Positions 26,689 to 36,455 of a stretch of DNA of 46,223 nt are shown in pieces. The stretch lies in IMG/VR virus record IMGVR_UViG_3300038312_000302, positions 1 to 46,223 of that record. One strand, written 5' to 3'. Source of the stretch: a virus (taxonomy: Duplodnaviria; Caudoviricetes). The notes below the pieces were generated by a model. That model did not search any database, was not told the origin of the DNA, and saw only the letters and a list, made by a program, of their open reading frames with translations. Position numbers and translations under genes: made by a program. Every line of letters begins with the position of its first letter. The first letter of the stretch is position 1.

Positions 26689-27886
26689 TCAGAAAGCAGC
26701 CAAATCCCATCTGTCCGACTGGCGGGTGGGAGCGTTGTTTATGGAAGCAGGTACCGGTAAAACAAGAGTAGCTGTTGAGATTGCAAATGAAACAACTGCT
26801 GATCTGGTTGTATGGATTGGGCCACTGAGAACGATCAAGCCTAAGGAAGGCATTTCATCCATCATTGATGAAATAAACAGGTGGGGTGGCTTTAAGGCTC
26901 CAGTGATTTTCTTCGGAGTTGAATCTATCTCGCAATCTGACAGAATATTCCTTGAATTGAGAAATACAATAGAGAAAGCCAATAATCCGTTTATCATAGT
27001 GGATGAAAGCCTTAAGATTAAGAACAGCCAGGCAAAACGTACAAAAAGACTTATGGAGTTGAGCCATTTAGCTAAATATAAATTAATTCTAAATGGAACA
27101 CCTATAAGCAAAAATCTTATGGACTTGAAGCCTCAAATGGATTTTTTATCACATAAAATACTCTCGATGAGTGATGCGGAGTATAAGAGCACATTCTGCG
27201 AATATACAAAAGTCACAAAGTATTTTGGCGGTAGAAGAGGCTATACAAAGGAGTTTATAACCGGATATGAAAATATTGATTACCTGTATTCGCTTATAAG
27301 ACATTACGTGTATGAATGTGATCTAAAGCTGAATGTGAGCCAGCAATACAGTGTGTTAAATTATGAGCTGTCGGAGAAAGACAGAGAGGATTACAACTTT
27401 TTGAAAACTAAATATCTTGATAATGAGATGCTGATGTGGAAAAATAATAATATTTTTCTCGAAATGACTCAAAAAATGCAACACGCATATTGTTGTAGTG
27501 AAAGTAAGTTTGAGGCAGTTCAAGATTTGTTTGAAAAAACAGATCCTGAGAAAACGATAATTTACTGCAAGTATATAAATAGCCGGAAAGAATGTGAGAA
27601 AAGATTTCCTAAAGCGACTGTTTTAAGTTATCAAAAAGAATCGTTTGGACTGAATTTACAGCATTTATCTAACACTATATATTTTGATAAGAACTGGGAT
27701 TATGCTTTGAGGATCCATTCGACCAGGAGAACATTCAGGACCGGGCAGGAGTATGATTGTCATTATTGGGATTTGACCGGTGATGTAGGTTTAGAAATAA
27801 TGATAGACAACAACATCGAAAAGAAGATAGATATGGCGGAGTATTTTAAAGGAAAAACTAAAGAAGAATTACGTGAAGTATTATAA
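26672..27886 (+). CDS. Compact SNF2-like superfamily-2 helicase/ATPase
   Basis: Walker A FMEAGTGKT, motif II IIVDESLKIKN, motif III LNGTP, FGLNLQ, motif VI-like RRTFRTGQ. Confidence 0.85.
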   Translation: MKLKNDQKAAKSHLSDWRVGALFMEAGTGKTRVAVEIANETTADLVVWIGPLRTIKPKEGISSIIDEINRWGGFKAPVIFFGVESISQSDRIFLELRNTIEKANNPFIIVDESLKIKNSQAKRTKRLMELSHLAKYKLILNGTPISKNLMDLKPQMDFLSHKILSMSDAEYKSTFCEYTKVTKYFGGRRGYTKEFITGYENIDYLYSLIRHYVYECDLKLNVSQQYSVLNYELSEKDREDYNFLKTKYLDNEMLMWKNNNIFLEMTQKMQHAYCCSESKFEAVQDLFEKTDPEKTIIYCKYINSRKECEKRFPKATVLSYQKESFGLNLQHLSNTIYFDKNWDYALRIHSTRRTFRTGQEYDCHYWDLTGDVGLEIMIDNNIEKKIDMAEYFKGKTKEELREVL

Positions 27887-29084
27887 TAAAAATAAAAACG
27901 TTTACGAAGCAGCAGTTGAGCGATTTGAGATCATATTCAAAGAGTTTGATCGTGTTTGTATTTCGTTCTCAAATGGGAAAGACAGCGGAGTGCTACTAAA
28001 CTTAGCTATTGAAGTAGCCAAGAAGCTGAATAAGCTGCCTGTACATGCAATGTACATTGATATGGAAGCTCAGTATCAGCATTCTATTGATTATACAGTT
28101 AAAATGTTTGACAGGTCTGAGGTAAAGGCTTATTGGATATGCTTACCTATTCATCTGAGAAATGCAGTATCTCAATTTCAAAATCATTGGTTATGTTGGG
28201 ATCCTGATAAAAAAGATGCATGGGTGAGAGATCTGCCGAAGCATCAATCTGTAATATCAGATGAAAGCTACTTCTCTTTTTTTAGACGTGGAATGGAGTT
28301 TGAAGAGTTTACTCCAGAGTTTGCTAAATGGTTTTCACAGGGTGAGAAAACAGCATCTGTGATAGGAATACGAAGCGATGAAAGTTTGAACCGTTATAGA
28401 ACGATAAAGAGTGATAGCAAAATAACCTACAATAATTATCAGTGGACTACGAAGCTTTTTAGAGAAGATCCGGAGCAAGAAATATATAATGCTTATCCTA
28501 TTTATGATTGGCATGTGGAAGATATTTGGACGGCAAATGCTAAATTTGATTGGGAATATAACAAGATTTACGATCTTATGTACATGGCTGGTGTATCATT
28601 GCATAAGCAACGCCTGTGTCAGCCATACGGTGATGACCAGAGGCAAGGCTTGTATTTATTTAAAGCCTTGGAACCTGAAACTTGGGCAAAGATTGTGAAC
28701 AGAGTTGAAGGTGCTAATTTCGGCAACCGTTATACTGAAACTGATAAAACGACCTTGGGTAACTACAAGGTTAATTTACCTCCGGGGCATACATATGAAT
28801 CTTATGCAAAGTTTCTTTTAGACACTATGCCTCCATATTTAGCTGAACACTATCAAACTAAAATAGACACTTTTTTAAAATGGTGGGAGAAAGAGGAAAT
28901 TAAAATAATTCCTGATACAGCAGATCCGAAAATGGAAGCTGCTAGAAAAGCACCTAGCTGGAGACGTATATGTAAAGTATTACTTAAAAATGATTATTGG
29001 TGTAAAGGTTTATCTTTCTCACAAACTAAGCGAGAACTCGAAAAGCAAATGGAAATAATAACAAAATACTCAGATATATTATGA
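27873..29084 (+). CDS. ibrA: IbrA-like PAPS-reductase-family (PP-loop) protein with DUF3440-like C-terminus
   Basis: SFSNGKDS PP-loop, IGIRSDESLNR, YPIYDW..EDIW, QRLCQPYG, SWRRICK.LLKNDYWC. Confidence 0.88.
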   Translation: MKYYNKNKNVYEAAVERFEIIFKEFDRVCISFSNGKDSGVLLNLAIEVAKKLNKLPVHAMYIDMEAQYQHSIDYTVKMFDRSEVKAYWICLPIHLRNAVSQFQNHWLCWDPDKKDAWVRDLPKHQSVISDESYFSFFRRGMEFEEFTPEFAKWFSQGEKTASVIGIRSDESLNRYRTIKSDSKITYNNYQWTTKLFREDPEQEIYNAYPIYDWHVEDIWTANAKFDWEYNKIYDLMYMAGVSLHKQRLCQPYGDDQRQGLYLFKALEPETWAKIVNRVEGANFGNRYTETDKTTLGNYKVNLPPGHTYESYAKFLLDTMPPYLAEHYQTKIDTFLKWWEKEEIKIIPDTADPKMEAARKAPSWRRICKVLLKNDYWCKGLSFSQTKRELEKQMEIITKYSDIL

Positions 29085-29674
29085 AGATAGATTTACCAGA
29101 AAATATAACTATAGATGAAAAGGTTTCATTATTTAATGATTTAACACAGCAACTGTATGATTGGATTGGATTAAAACATCCATCTCTTAATGTGCAGTTA
29201 ATTAAGGCAGAACAAATTCAGGGCAACGATTATAACCCTAATAAGGTTGCGCCACCCGAAATGAAATTATTGAAGCTATCAATAAAAAAAGATGGAGTGA
29301 CTATGCCAGTTGTAGTTGCGAATCAAGACAAAAAGAGGATGCCGTATGTTGTTGTTGATGGTTTTCATAGAACAACAGTAATTAGCCAGGATAAAGAGAT
29401 TAATGAAAGCCTTGCCGGCTATGTGCCTACATCTAGGCTAAACAAATCAATTGAAGATAGAATAACGGCTACTGTGAGGCATAACATGGCCAGAGGCACA
29501 CATCAGGTTGAATTATCGGCAAAGTTGGTTGCAATGCTTAAGAAGCATAATTGGACAAACGCTCGCATTGGAATGGAGCTTGGAATGGATGCGGACGAAG
29601 TATTGAGACTCAAACAAATAACAGGATTAGCAGAATTATTTAAAGACAAAGAATTTAGTAACTCATGGAAATGA
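29081..29674 (+). CDS. ibrB: IbrB-like ParB/Srx-domain protein
   Basis: NDYNPNKVAPPEMKLLKLSI..DG.TMP, VVDGFHR, ATVRHNMARG.H, LGMDADEVLRLKQITGL. Confidence 0.9.
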   Translation: MKIDLPENITIDEKVSLFNDLTQQLYDWIGLKHPSLNVQLIKAEQIQGNDYNPNKVAPPEMKLLKLSIKKDGVTMPVVVANQDKKRMPYVVVDGFHRTTVISQDKEINESLAGYVPTSRLNKSIEDRITATVRHNMARGTHQVELSAKLVAMLKKHNWTNARIGMELGMDADEVLRLKQITGLAELFKDKEFSNSWK

Positions 29675-29967
29675 AAGAGAATAATTATGAATGGCAATTA
29701 ATGGTATTGACCTTGAAAGAAATTGCATCGGATAAGAAGATTACGCATGAAATGATTGCAGAGCGTGCAGGAATGGCGAGAGATAATGTGACAAGGTTTT
29801 TTTCGGCCAAACATAAGCCTAACCTTGATATGTTTTTGACTATTGCTAAGGCTATTGGGGTTTACTTTTATTTTGAAGATAAAGACGGCACTTCAGACTT
29901 GACACGGAGTTTTGACAGGGCTATGACAGAACTAGGTCGTAGAGGTGAAATAATGAGCAGAAATTAA
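29671..29967 (+). CDS. Xre/Cro-C1 HTH regulator
   Basis: ITHEMIAERAGMARDNVTRFFS...PNLDMFLTIAKAIG; ATGA-coupled to ibrB. Confidence 0.85.
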   Translation: MKENNYEWQLMVLTLKEIASDKKITHEMIAERAGMARDNVTRFFSAKHKPNLDMFLTIAKAIGVYFYFEDKDGTSDLTRSFDRAMTELGRRGEIMSRN

Positions 29968-29992
29968 AACAAAATACCGTTGATGAAGATTG

Positions 29993-30028
29993 AAAAGGTG
30001 GTTGCCGTGAGGTTAGCCGCCTTTTTTT
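29993..30028. terminator. Terminator, probably bidirectional, between the ibr operon and terL
   Basis: AAAAGGTGGTT...AGCCGCCTTTTTTT hairpin between convergent genes. Confidence 0.7.
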
Positions 30029-30029
30029 G

Positions 30030-31718
30030 TTATTTATTCAGGAACATTACGGAGGTGGTGATTTTGGATGGTTCGGTGTAGAAGTAGTTCATGCCGACAA
30101 AGAGGGTGTCCCAGGCATCGGTGATGTGGGTTTTGTGTTCGTCAGGAGCTTCGGGGGTATCGGGTTTGCTTTCGGGTGATTTATCTTTCTCAAAGCCGTT
30201 TTTACCTGTTTTGACGCCTGTTTGCTCCATGGCTATTTTTAAGAATTCATTATTGTATTCGTTGAAAAGTGGAAATAGAATGCCGGTGTCGCCTTTAAGA
30301 GCACGGTCAATCTCTTTATGACGCCAGTCGTGCCGTGGTTGTTGACCGATATATACTTCTGTGACGTCGAAACTGCCATCTCTGAGGCAACGAGTGATTG
30401 TTTCGGCATATGATTCATCATCCTTGGCGGTTTCCCAAACGAAGGTGTGATCGAAGTAAAAAACGATTTCTTTATTTATTTTATTCCTGTAATAGTTACA
30501 TATTTTTTTACACAGCTCGGGGAGCTTATCCGGTGTTTTTACGTAGAACGATTTGAGTGTTCGCATTTTATCACCATCTTTTTGCGCCACGCATGCACTG
30601 GATATTGCAGCGTTGGCATCGAAGGCAATGTAAAGAGGTTCGAGCGTTTGCAGATCATCATCATTTAGGCAGTCGTCGGCATCGAAATTAAGGCCATAGA
30701 CCTCTTTTACATCGCGTGGGATATAAAAGTGAAGGTTCTCATCGAGTGCAGAATAAAAGCCATTCTCGACCTTAAAAAGGCGTTCATTCAGGAATGCAGT
30801 GCGCCAAATGAGCGGCGGATTGTCGCGCTTCATTTGCCACATGAAATCTTCGCCAAGTACTTCGAGGTTTTCCAAGACATCGTACTCACCATAAAATAGG
30901 GTATATTCTCGCTTTTGTTTATTAAGAGGATCGGGTTTTTGCACCGGTTGATATTTGCGCGCTCCATTTATATCTTCGGTGAGTTCGCGATATTGCCGCT
31001 GTTGCCACTCTGTTCGCTTCAGTGGATGTATGGATCGGTATTTTTCTCGCTGTGCATATAGTGCTTTGATTAGATTGATGTGATTAACTGACATCTCTTC
31101 TCGTTTATCGAGGATCCAACGACCGCCTTTGTTAGTGGGCATATCTGTTGAATATAGTTCGGAATGGTGAAAAGGTGAGTAACCGAATTGATTAATATTA
31201 CCTCTATTAGCAGGGTTAACTTCTGATTTTATTTTATTGTAATCTAAGAATTTTGCTTCCGGACCAATTATCCAGTCGAGTGACATCGAGTTAGCTGACA
31301 TGGCATTTGCAAACGAAAGAATGAGCATTACTGTGCCATTCCAAAAATGAATAGCATTTTGCCAGGCATCGCGCAAAGGTTCGCGCTTTGGCTTGGCATA
31401 ATTGGCTGATTCGGGTGCACGACGACCAATGAAATAATGTATTTCGGGGTAGTAGCCCCACATCTTTAATCCATTTACTAGGGCAGGCAACGTGTTTCCC
31501 CAGGCTTTGGCATAGCTTGGTGATATAAGGGCACCTGTGGAACCTGGCATATCCCAAACGTTGCGCAAAACAAATGGAGCATCTACACCTTCAGACTTAC
31601 CGGTACCACGTGCAGCAACAACGTATGTTTTATTAGCCTGAACTAACATTATTTCGCGTTGCATGCGGTTGAAGAACTTTTTCTTCCTGCTTTCGGTGTG
31701 GGAGTTTAATGCTTCCAT
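30030..31718 (-). CDS. terL: Terminase large subunit
   Basis: Walker A VVAARGTGKS, Walker B-like WIIGPEA, STD coupling motif, RNase-H-like nuclease acidic residues (IAFDAN, HITDAWD). Confidence 0.85.
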   Translation of the reverse strand: MEALNSHTESRKKKFFNRMQREIMLVQANKTYVVAARGTGKSEGVDAPFVLRNVWDMPGSTGALISPSYAKAWGNTLPALVNGLKMWGYYPEIHYFIGRRAPESANYAKPKREPLRDAWQNAIHFWNGTVMLILSFANAMSANSMSLDWIIGPEAKFLDYNKIKSEVNPANRGNINQFGYSPFHHSELYSTDMPTNKGGRWILDKREEMSVNHINLIKALYAQREKYRSIHPLKRTEWQQRQYRELTEDINGARKYQPVQKPDPLNKQKREYTLFYGEYDVLENLEVLGEDFMWQMKRDNPPLIWRTAFLNERLFKVENGFYSALDENLHFYIPRDVKEVYGLNFDADDCLNDDDLQTLEPLYIAFDANAAISSACVAQKDGDKMRTLKSFYVKTPDKLPELCKKICNYYRNKINKEIVFYFDHTFVWETAKDDESYAETITRCLRDGSFDVTEVYIGQQPRHDWRHKEIDRALKGDTGILFPLFNEYNNEFLKIAMEQTGVKTGKNGFEKDKSPESKPDTPEAPDEHKTHITDAWDTLFVGMNYFYTEPSKITTSVMFLNK

Positions 31719-31777
31719 TTATTGGTTATTTATTTTAGTGAATGATCTCTGCTATCTTAATTTATTTTAATGTTTGG

Positions 31778-32359
31778 CTATTCTTCTATTGTGGCGTCGG
31801 TTGCTTCGCTTTGCTTATCTCCCTTCCAGAGAGCACGCAGTTCGCGACGGCGTAGTTCTAGATTATCGATCTTTTCGACATTTTCGAGTAGGGAGGGATC
31901 TGCAGAAGGTTCGATATCGAGAGGTATCATTTGATCCCAATCAAAATCATTATCCGGTTTATCTGCCATTGTGTATTTTCCTATTTTATCGAGCGCTGAA
32001 GCCATGCCCTTGGCATCTAATGTTGCTTTTGCCAAATCATAAGCCTCTTTTGCACCCTCTATTATCATATACCGATACCAGTTTTTTGCGCTTAGTTGTA
32101 TGTTTCCAATAATCTTTTGAACGGCTGCAATGTCGCGATAAGCAGTTGTTTTGCTTACAGGTGAGAATATTCCGGCAAAACCAGATTCCAGCTCTTCGAC
32201 TAATACTTTATCGGGTTTTAGAGGATTGTCCATTTTTTGAGATATGCAATACACCCACCTTTTACGACGCTCATTTTCGTTAGGTGTTAATAGTTCCGCA
32301 GCTTCGCTTTCGGGCAGATAAAGAACTGATTCTATTTTCTTAAATGCATCATCCTTCAT
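31778..32359 (-). CDS. Candidate terminase small subunit
   Basis: HTH-like VSKTTAYRDI; directly upstream of terL. Confidence 0.55.
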   Translation of the reverse strand: MKDDAFKKIESVLYLPESEAAELLTPNENERRKRWVYCISQKMDNPLKPDKVLVEELESGFAGIFSPVSKTTAYRDIAAVQKIIGNIQLSAKNWYRYMIIEGAKEAYDLAKATLDAKGMASALDKIGKYTMADKPDNDFDWDQMIPLDIEPSADPSLLENVEKIDNLELRRRELRALWKGDKQSEATDATIEE

Positions 32360-32361
32360 GG

Positions 32362-32640
32362 CTAATCTATGTTTTGTTCCTTAATAAATTTAAGTGCGAG
32401 AGGTTCGGCAGCCGGAGATCCTGCTTTTGCCAACTTAATAATGTTTTGACGCAGCTCGAGTTTTGTTTGGAGCCTACCTCGTTGAAACGCTTCATATTCG
32501 GCTGAACCCTGTTGCGAACGACAGCGTACAACAAAACTTTTGCGTTCTTCGAGTGGAAGATCTAAAAGAATTGCTATTTCTGCCGGAGCAAGAAGAGCGG
32601 CGGCATATTCCTGAAGTAGTTTAAGTTGGTCGTTACTCAT
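32362..32640 (-). CDS. Small helical protein (packaging-associated?)
   Basis: 92 aa, EIAILLD...AKAGSPAA; position. Confidence 0.6.
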   Translation of the reverse strand: MSNDQLKLLQEYAAALLAPAEIAILLDLPLEERKSFVVRCRSQQGSAEYEAFQRGRLQTKLELRQNIIKLAKAGSPAAEPLALKFIKEQNID

Positions 32641-32690
32641 GTAGATCTATTTTTTTAGTTTGCTCACCTCATTTATAAGGCGAGCAAATG

Positions 32691-33185
32691 TTACTCAAAT
32701 ATGAACGGAATTGAATCGTTGTTGAAAACATTATCGAAATAATCTTTGTAATAATTGTATGTAGTAGCCTCTGTGGTAATAATACCCGCTTCGTGGCGTG
32801 TTACTCTGTTCATGTTGGCACTTCCTACCATAGCTATGTTTATAAGCTTGTTATAGCAAATTAAAAGCTTCATATGAGTTGATGATATTCTAATCTGATC
32901 GGCAATGCCGGAAGAGAAAAACATCATGTCTATTTTGTGCCGGTGGACGTTATGATCGAACAGGAATTTAACAGACAAAAGCTCTTTTCGATCTTTCATG
33001 AAGAATATCGGTCGCAAGCTATCTTCTGAAATATTGAAAGATGCTACAGAAAGATGAAACGGTCCTACATAATTGAAAAGAAAGGGCAGTATCTCGTGTA
33101 CTGCCCATTCTCCTTTATGTGCGTATGGGATTATCATGCCGGGCAATGGGCCGTGTGGAAAATAATCTTTAAAGTTACCTTTCAT
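32691..33185 (-). CDS. Single-domain phospholipase-D-superfamily protein
   Basis: HMK motif followed by GSANMN...HE; the Asp of HxKxxxxD is not conserved. Confidence 0.75.
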   Translation of the reverse strand: MKGNFKDYFPHGPLPGMIIPYAHKGEWAVHEILPFLFNYVGPFHLSVASFNISEDSLRPIFFMKDRKELLSVKFLFDHNVHRHKIDMMFFSSGIADQIRISSTHMKLLICYNKLINIAMVGSANMNRVTRHEAGIITTEATTYNYYKDYFDNVFNNDSIPFIFE

Positions 33186-33228
33186 CTTTTTTAGAGTAAT
33201 ATAATTGTTATTCTAAATCTTACTACTC

Positions 33229-34035
33229 TTATGGAATTAAAGCTTCGAGCTCTTTTAATTCCTTGCTGTACGTATCAATTTTTTCCTGAGCAGTTGTAGC
33301 TTTCTTTTCGTTGCCTGCGGCCTTATGCTTTTTATATGATTCGGTGTTTCTGGTTATATAGGATTTCAATAAACCTATTCTCTTAGCCAGATCTACGCCA
33401 AGAACGAGCATGTTTTGCTCTAACACTTTTTCCGCTTCTTCTTTCTCGATATTTGATTCTGGAATGCCTGCTAAGAACTTATCTATGCGCTTCCAAATAG
33501 CACGGCGCTCATCATCGAGCTCTATTAACTCTCTTCGGAGTTCTGCACGCTTATCGTCGGCAATTTCTGCAGCCATATCGGCATGTACTTTTGCCATGTA
33601 TGGAACCAATTCTTTCAGTCGGGTACGTATTGGAGCGAAGTTTTCGGGCAGTTGGTCGAGAGAACTAATAGCAGGCTCATTAGGATCTGCCGGAGGTGTT
33701 TGTTCTTTTACCGGTACCTTGAAGTCCTGCACTATGCCTTTGCCGGATAAACCTTCTATATTAACTGCAGATTTTTTGACTTTCTTTTTTGACTGAGCTT
33801 CGATGAATTGCTCAGGAGATGATTTTATGCGACGTTCGCAAAACAGGACCTGATTTACAAGTACAGGAAAACGACCTGCAGTATCAAATTGCGAAATGTC
33901 ATCACCTTTTACGTCATTCAGATATTTGCCGAATGATTCTTTTTGCTTCTGTGAGGCAAACTTATTAAAGTAGGCTAATCCTTCAGAATACTTTCTGTTA
34001 CGGTTGGCCAGCCATTTTTGAATTTCTTTAAGCAT
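33229..34035 (-). CDS. Phage hypothetical coiled-coil protein
   Basis: Likely start MLKEIQKWL; the longer ORF-track start runs through a terminator hairpin. Confidence 0.7.
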   Translation of the reverse strand: MLKEIQKWLANRNRKYSEGLAYFNKFASQKQKESFGKYLNDVKGDDISQFDTAGRFPVLVNQVLFCERRIKSSPEQFIEAQSKKKVKKSAVNIEGLSGKGIVQDFKVPVKEQTPPADPNEPAISSLDQLPENFAPIRTRLKELVPYMAKVHADMAAEIADDKRAELRRELIELDDERRAIWKRIDKFLAGIPESNIEKEEAEKVLEQNMLVLGVDLAKRIGLLKSYITRNTESYKKHKAAGNEKKATTAQEKIDTYSKELKELEALIP

Positions 34036-34082
34036 AGTTTTAATTTTTATTGGTCGATAGACCGTTGTTTTACTTTTTAAGG

Positions 34083-34125
34083 AAAAAAGGAGTGGCTGCT
34101 GAGCTGTGCAGCCGCCTACTCCTTT
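34083..34125 (-). terminator. Intrinsic terminator after the capsid/tube genes
   Basis: AAAGGAGT-GGCTGC ... GCAGCC-ACTCCTTT stem with a T-tract on the minus strand. Confidence 0.65.
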
Positions 34126-34184
34126 GACGATCAAAATTCAAGATATGTATGAGAAAAAGCAAGTTTATTTTACTCTTGTTTGTT

Positions 34185-34850
34185 TTACGGTGCTACAACC
34201 GGGTTTTCTATTTCGTCCATATCAATTGGTGTTCCCAAAATGATATAAGGGCAGAAACTGTCAGCTTCGGCGGTGAAAGTAGTGCCTTTACGATCAGTTG
34301 GAGATGCTCCACCAGCAAAAGCAGGTTTGATTGAGCATGGCATACCACTTTGACCAACCATATACTGAATACCTTTAGCATCCTCATAAATAAGGTAACC
34401 TGGAGTATTGTTGACCTTACGTGCAAATGCACCAGCTTCGGCACTTGATCCCGGGTGCATCCACTCAAGCGTCTGCAAGAATGACTGACCGTCAACTTCT
34501 CCCTGATTTTCTGAATTGTATGAAACTGTATTTTTTGTTGCGTATATGAATATTGGTTTATCTCCAGCCTCCTTAAATGTGAATGCGCCTGCAGCCGTGA
34601 CAAGATCATCGGAAGCAACAGGTTCAGTGGGTAATTCAGGAACGACTGTGACTGCACTGGCAGGAATAAATAAGAGCCTATTTTTATAGCCACCCATATT
34701 TTCGGATCCGGAAGGCCATGTAAGGTTAGAAAATCCAATAGGCATGGCAAAGGCTAAGGCCATTCCGGTACCCATTTCAATTTGGGCAATAACTATGCTG
34801 ACAGTCACCAGCACAAGCGCCCCTAGGAATTTTTGAAATATATTTTTCAT
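34185..34850 (-). CDS. Putative major tail tube protein with N-terminal hydrophobic extension
   Basis: ENMGG, beta-rich body, TDRKGTTFT; follows the major capsid gene; function inferred. Confidence 0.55.
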   Translation of the reverse strand: MKNIFQKFLGALVLVTVSIVIAQIEMGTGMALAFAMPIGFSNLTWPSGSENMGGYKNRLLFIPASAVTVVPELPTEPVASDDLVTAAGAFTFKEAGDKPIFIYATKNTVSYNSENQGEVDGQSFLQTLEWMHPGSSAEAGAFARKVNNTPGYLIYEDAKGIQYMVGQSGMPCSIKPAFAGGASPTDRKGTTFTAEADSFCPYIILGTPIDMDEIENPVVAP

Positions 34851-34952
34851 CTTTTGAAATCTTTTATATGATTTTGTAAATTATATACTTATAAGTGTAT
34901 TTTTTGAAGGATTAGCGGAACCGTGAGAGAAGTCCCGCTAATTCTTATTAGT

Positions 34953-36014
34953 TTACACTTCCGGTTCTGCAGCTACTTGATAGTCGCCAGCCCAGTCATT
35001 GATGGTATTGATTTCCTCGTTCACCATGAACTCTTTCGGATGGATATCACGAATACGAGTATCATAAGCTGACTGAACCCAGAACTGCACTGCGTTGGGA
35101 TCCTTTTCAACGTTACGTACTTGAATGAAATTGCTGTCTGTTGTATTACGTGTACCCACGTCAAGCTGTCCGGGTATCGTAAGCATAAGCTGAGATCCTG
35201 TTCCGTATTCCGGCTCAGATATAATCTCCATTCTTGGCATGTTGGCGTCGTCGCGGAGCAAACGAACAGTGTCCTCGAATGTAGGATCTGTATGAGCCTT
35301 AACTCTCTCTTTATAAGATTTACGCACAGCGTTCATCACAGATTCAGAGGCATATAGTATTGACTGTGATCTGCGAAGGAAGTAATTGGCCTGTTTCAAC
35401 CAATCAACCAAAGCCTGATAATCATCTCTTGGATCACCTTCTGCAGGTATTACACCAAATTTGCCAGAGTTTACCAGGTTTTTATTGGCTTCAGAGATCT
35501 GTTCAACAGTTTTCAAGAGCGTTAATTTGTAATTGAAGCCGTTGAATGCAGTTGAAGGAGAAAGAACCTGTTCGTCACGCTGAGCATGGAAAAGATTGAA
35601 TGCAACATCTTCTGAAAAAGAAGTTACGATATCTCTCAATATCAAAAACTCAAGCGGATGCTTTTTTGATTTATTGTCAACAGGGTTACCCTGGTTAGAC
35701 AAAATATCAATTTCTTCGTAGTTAGTCACGTTGTCCGGGACATTTGCGAAAACAATTTCAGGTTTAAGAGAAGCCTCTACGAACTTCATAAGTTCTTTAT
35801 TCTGATCAAGAGTTAATCCTACAGAATAAGGAGCCAGAATACCTGCCTGACGGCGTTTGTTTTTGATGATGTGCTCACCAGACTTAACATTCATGATGTT
35901 AAGTTTCATCCTTTTTGCCGTATCATTCAATTGGATAAACGGAAGAGTCTTGAGAACAGGATCCCAACGTTTTGCTGCTGAAGAAAGGCCTTCGAAATTT
36001 ACAGTTTTAGCCAT
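34953..36014 (-). CDS. Major capsid protein
   Basis: 353 aa, follows protease and scaffold genes; size and position. Confidence 0.75.
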   Translation of the reverse strand: MAKTVNFEGLSSAAKRWDPVLKTLPFIQLNDTAKRMKLNIMNVKSGEHIIKNKRRQAGILAPYSVGLTLDQNKELMKFVEASLKPEIVFANVPDNVTNYEEIDILSNQGNPVDNKSKKHPLEFLILRDIVTSFSEDVAFNLFHAQRDEQVLSPSTAFNGFNYKLTLLKTVEQISEANKNLVNSGKFGVIPAEGDPRDDYQALVDWLKQANYFLRRSQSILYASESVMNAVRKSYKERVKAHTDPTFEDTVRLLRDDANMPRMEIISEPEYGTGSQLMLTIPGQLDVGTRNTTDSNFIQVRNVEKDPNAVQFWVQSAYDTRIRDIHPKEFMVNEEINTINDWAGDYQVAAEPEV

Positions 36015-36038
36015 AGTTTTTATTTTTTTTGAGTGTTA

Positions 36039-36455
36039 TTAAATCAATCCCTGTTTCTTTGCTTCAGCGATGACAGCAAAAGGATCGTCCTGATTCTTAT
36101 TGGCGAATCCAATAATATCCATTTTCTCGCCTGAAACTTCTGATTCGGCGGTGATAGTTGCAGTTGCTTCTGCAGGCTGATTGTCAAGATCAGCTTCCAA
36201 TTCGGAAACACGATCGTTGGCTTTTTGCAGTTCTGTTTCAAGCTCAGTGATGCGAGCATTGGCAGTGTCGAGTTCCGGCTGAAGATCCATGACCTCGGCC
36301 ACGTCATCTGCCTGCACCATCTGTATGACAGTTTCGGCTGTGATATCCTCTGCAGTGATATCCTCGCCACTCTCTAAGATGGCATTTGCGATCTGATCGA
36401 AAGAATTGGCCTTTGCAAGCAGATCGGCATGTTGTTTGTCTGTTAATACTTTCAT
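36039..36455 (-). CDS. Scaffold-like acidic coiled-coil protein
   Basis: 138 aa, LDTANARITELETELQKANDRVSELEADL; between protease and capsid genes. Confidence 0.6.
   Translation of the reverse strand: MKVLTDKQHADLLAKANSFDQIANAILESGEDITAEDITAETVIQMVQADDVAEVMDLQPELDTANARITELETELQKANDRVSELEADLDNQPAEATATITAESEVSGEKMDIIGFANKNQDDPFAVIAEAKKQGLI

Noticed and set aside
34036-34134. N-terminal extension of the 301-aa ORF
   Set aside because: Spans a terminator hairpin; ATG at 34035 follows an A-rich leader
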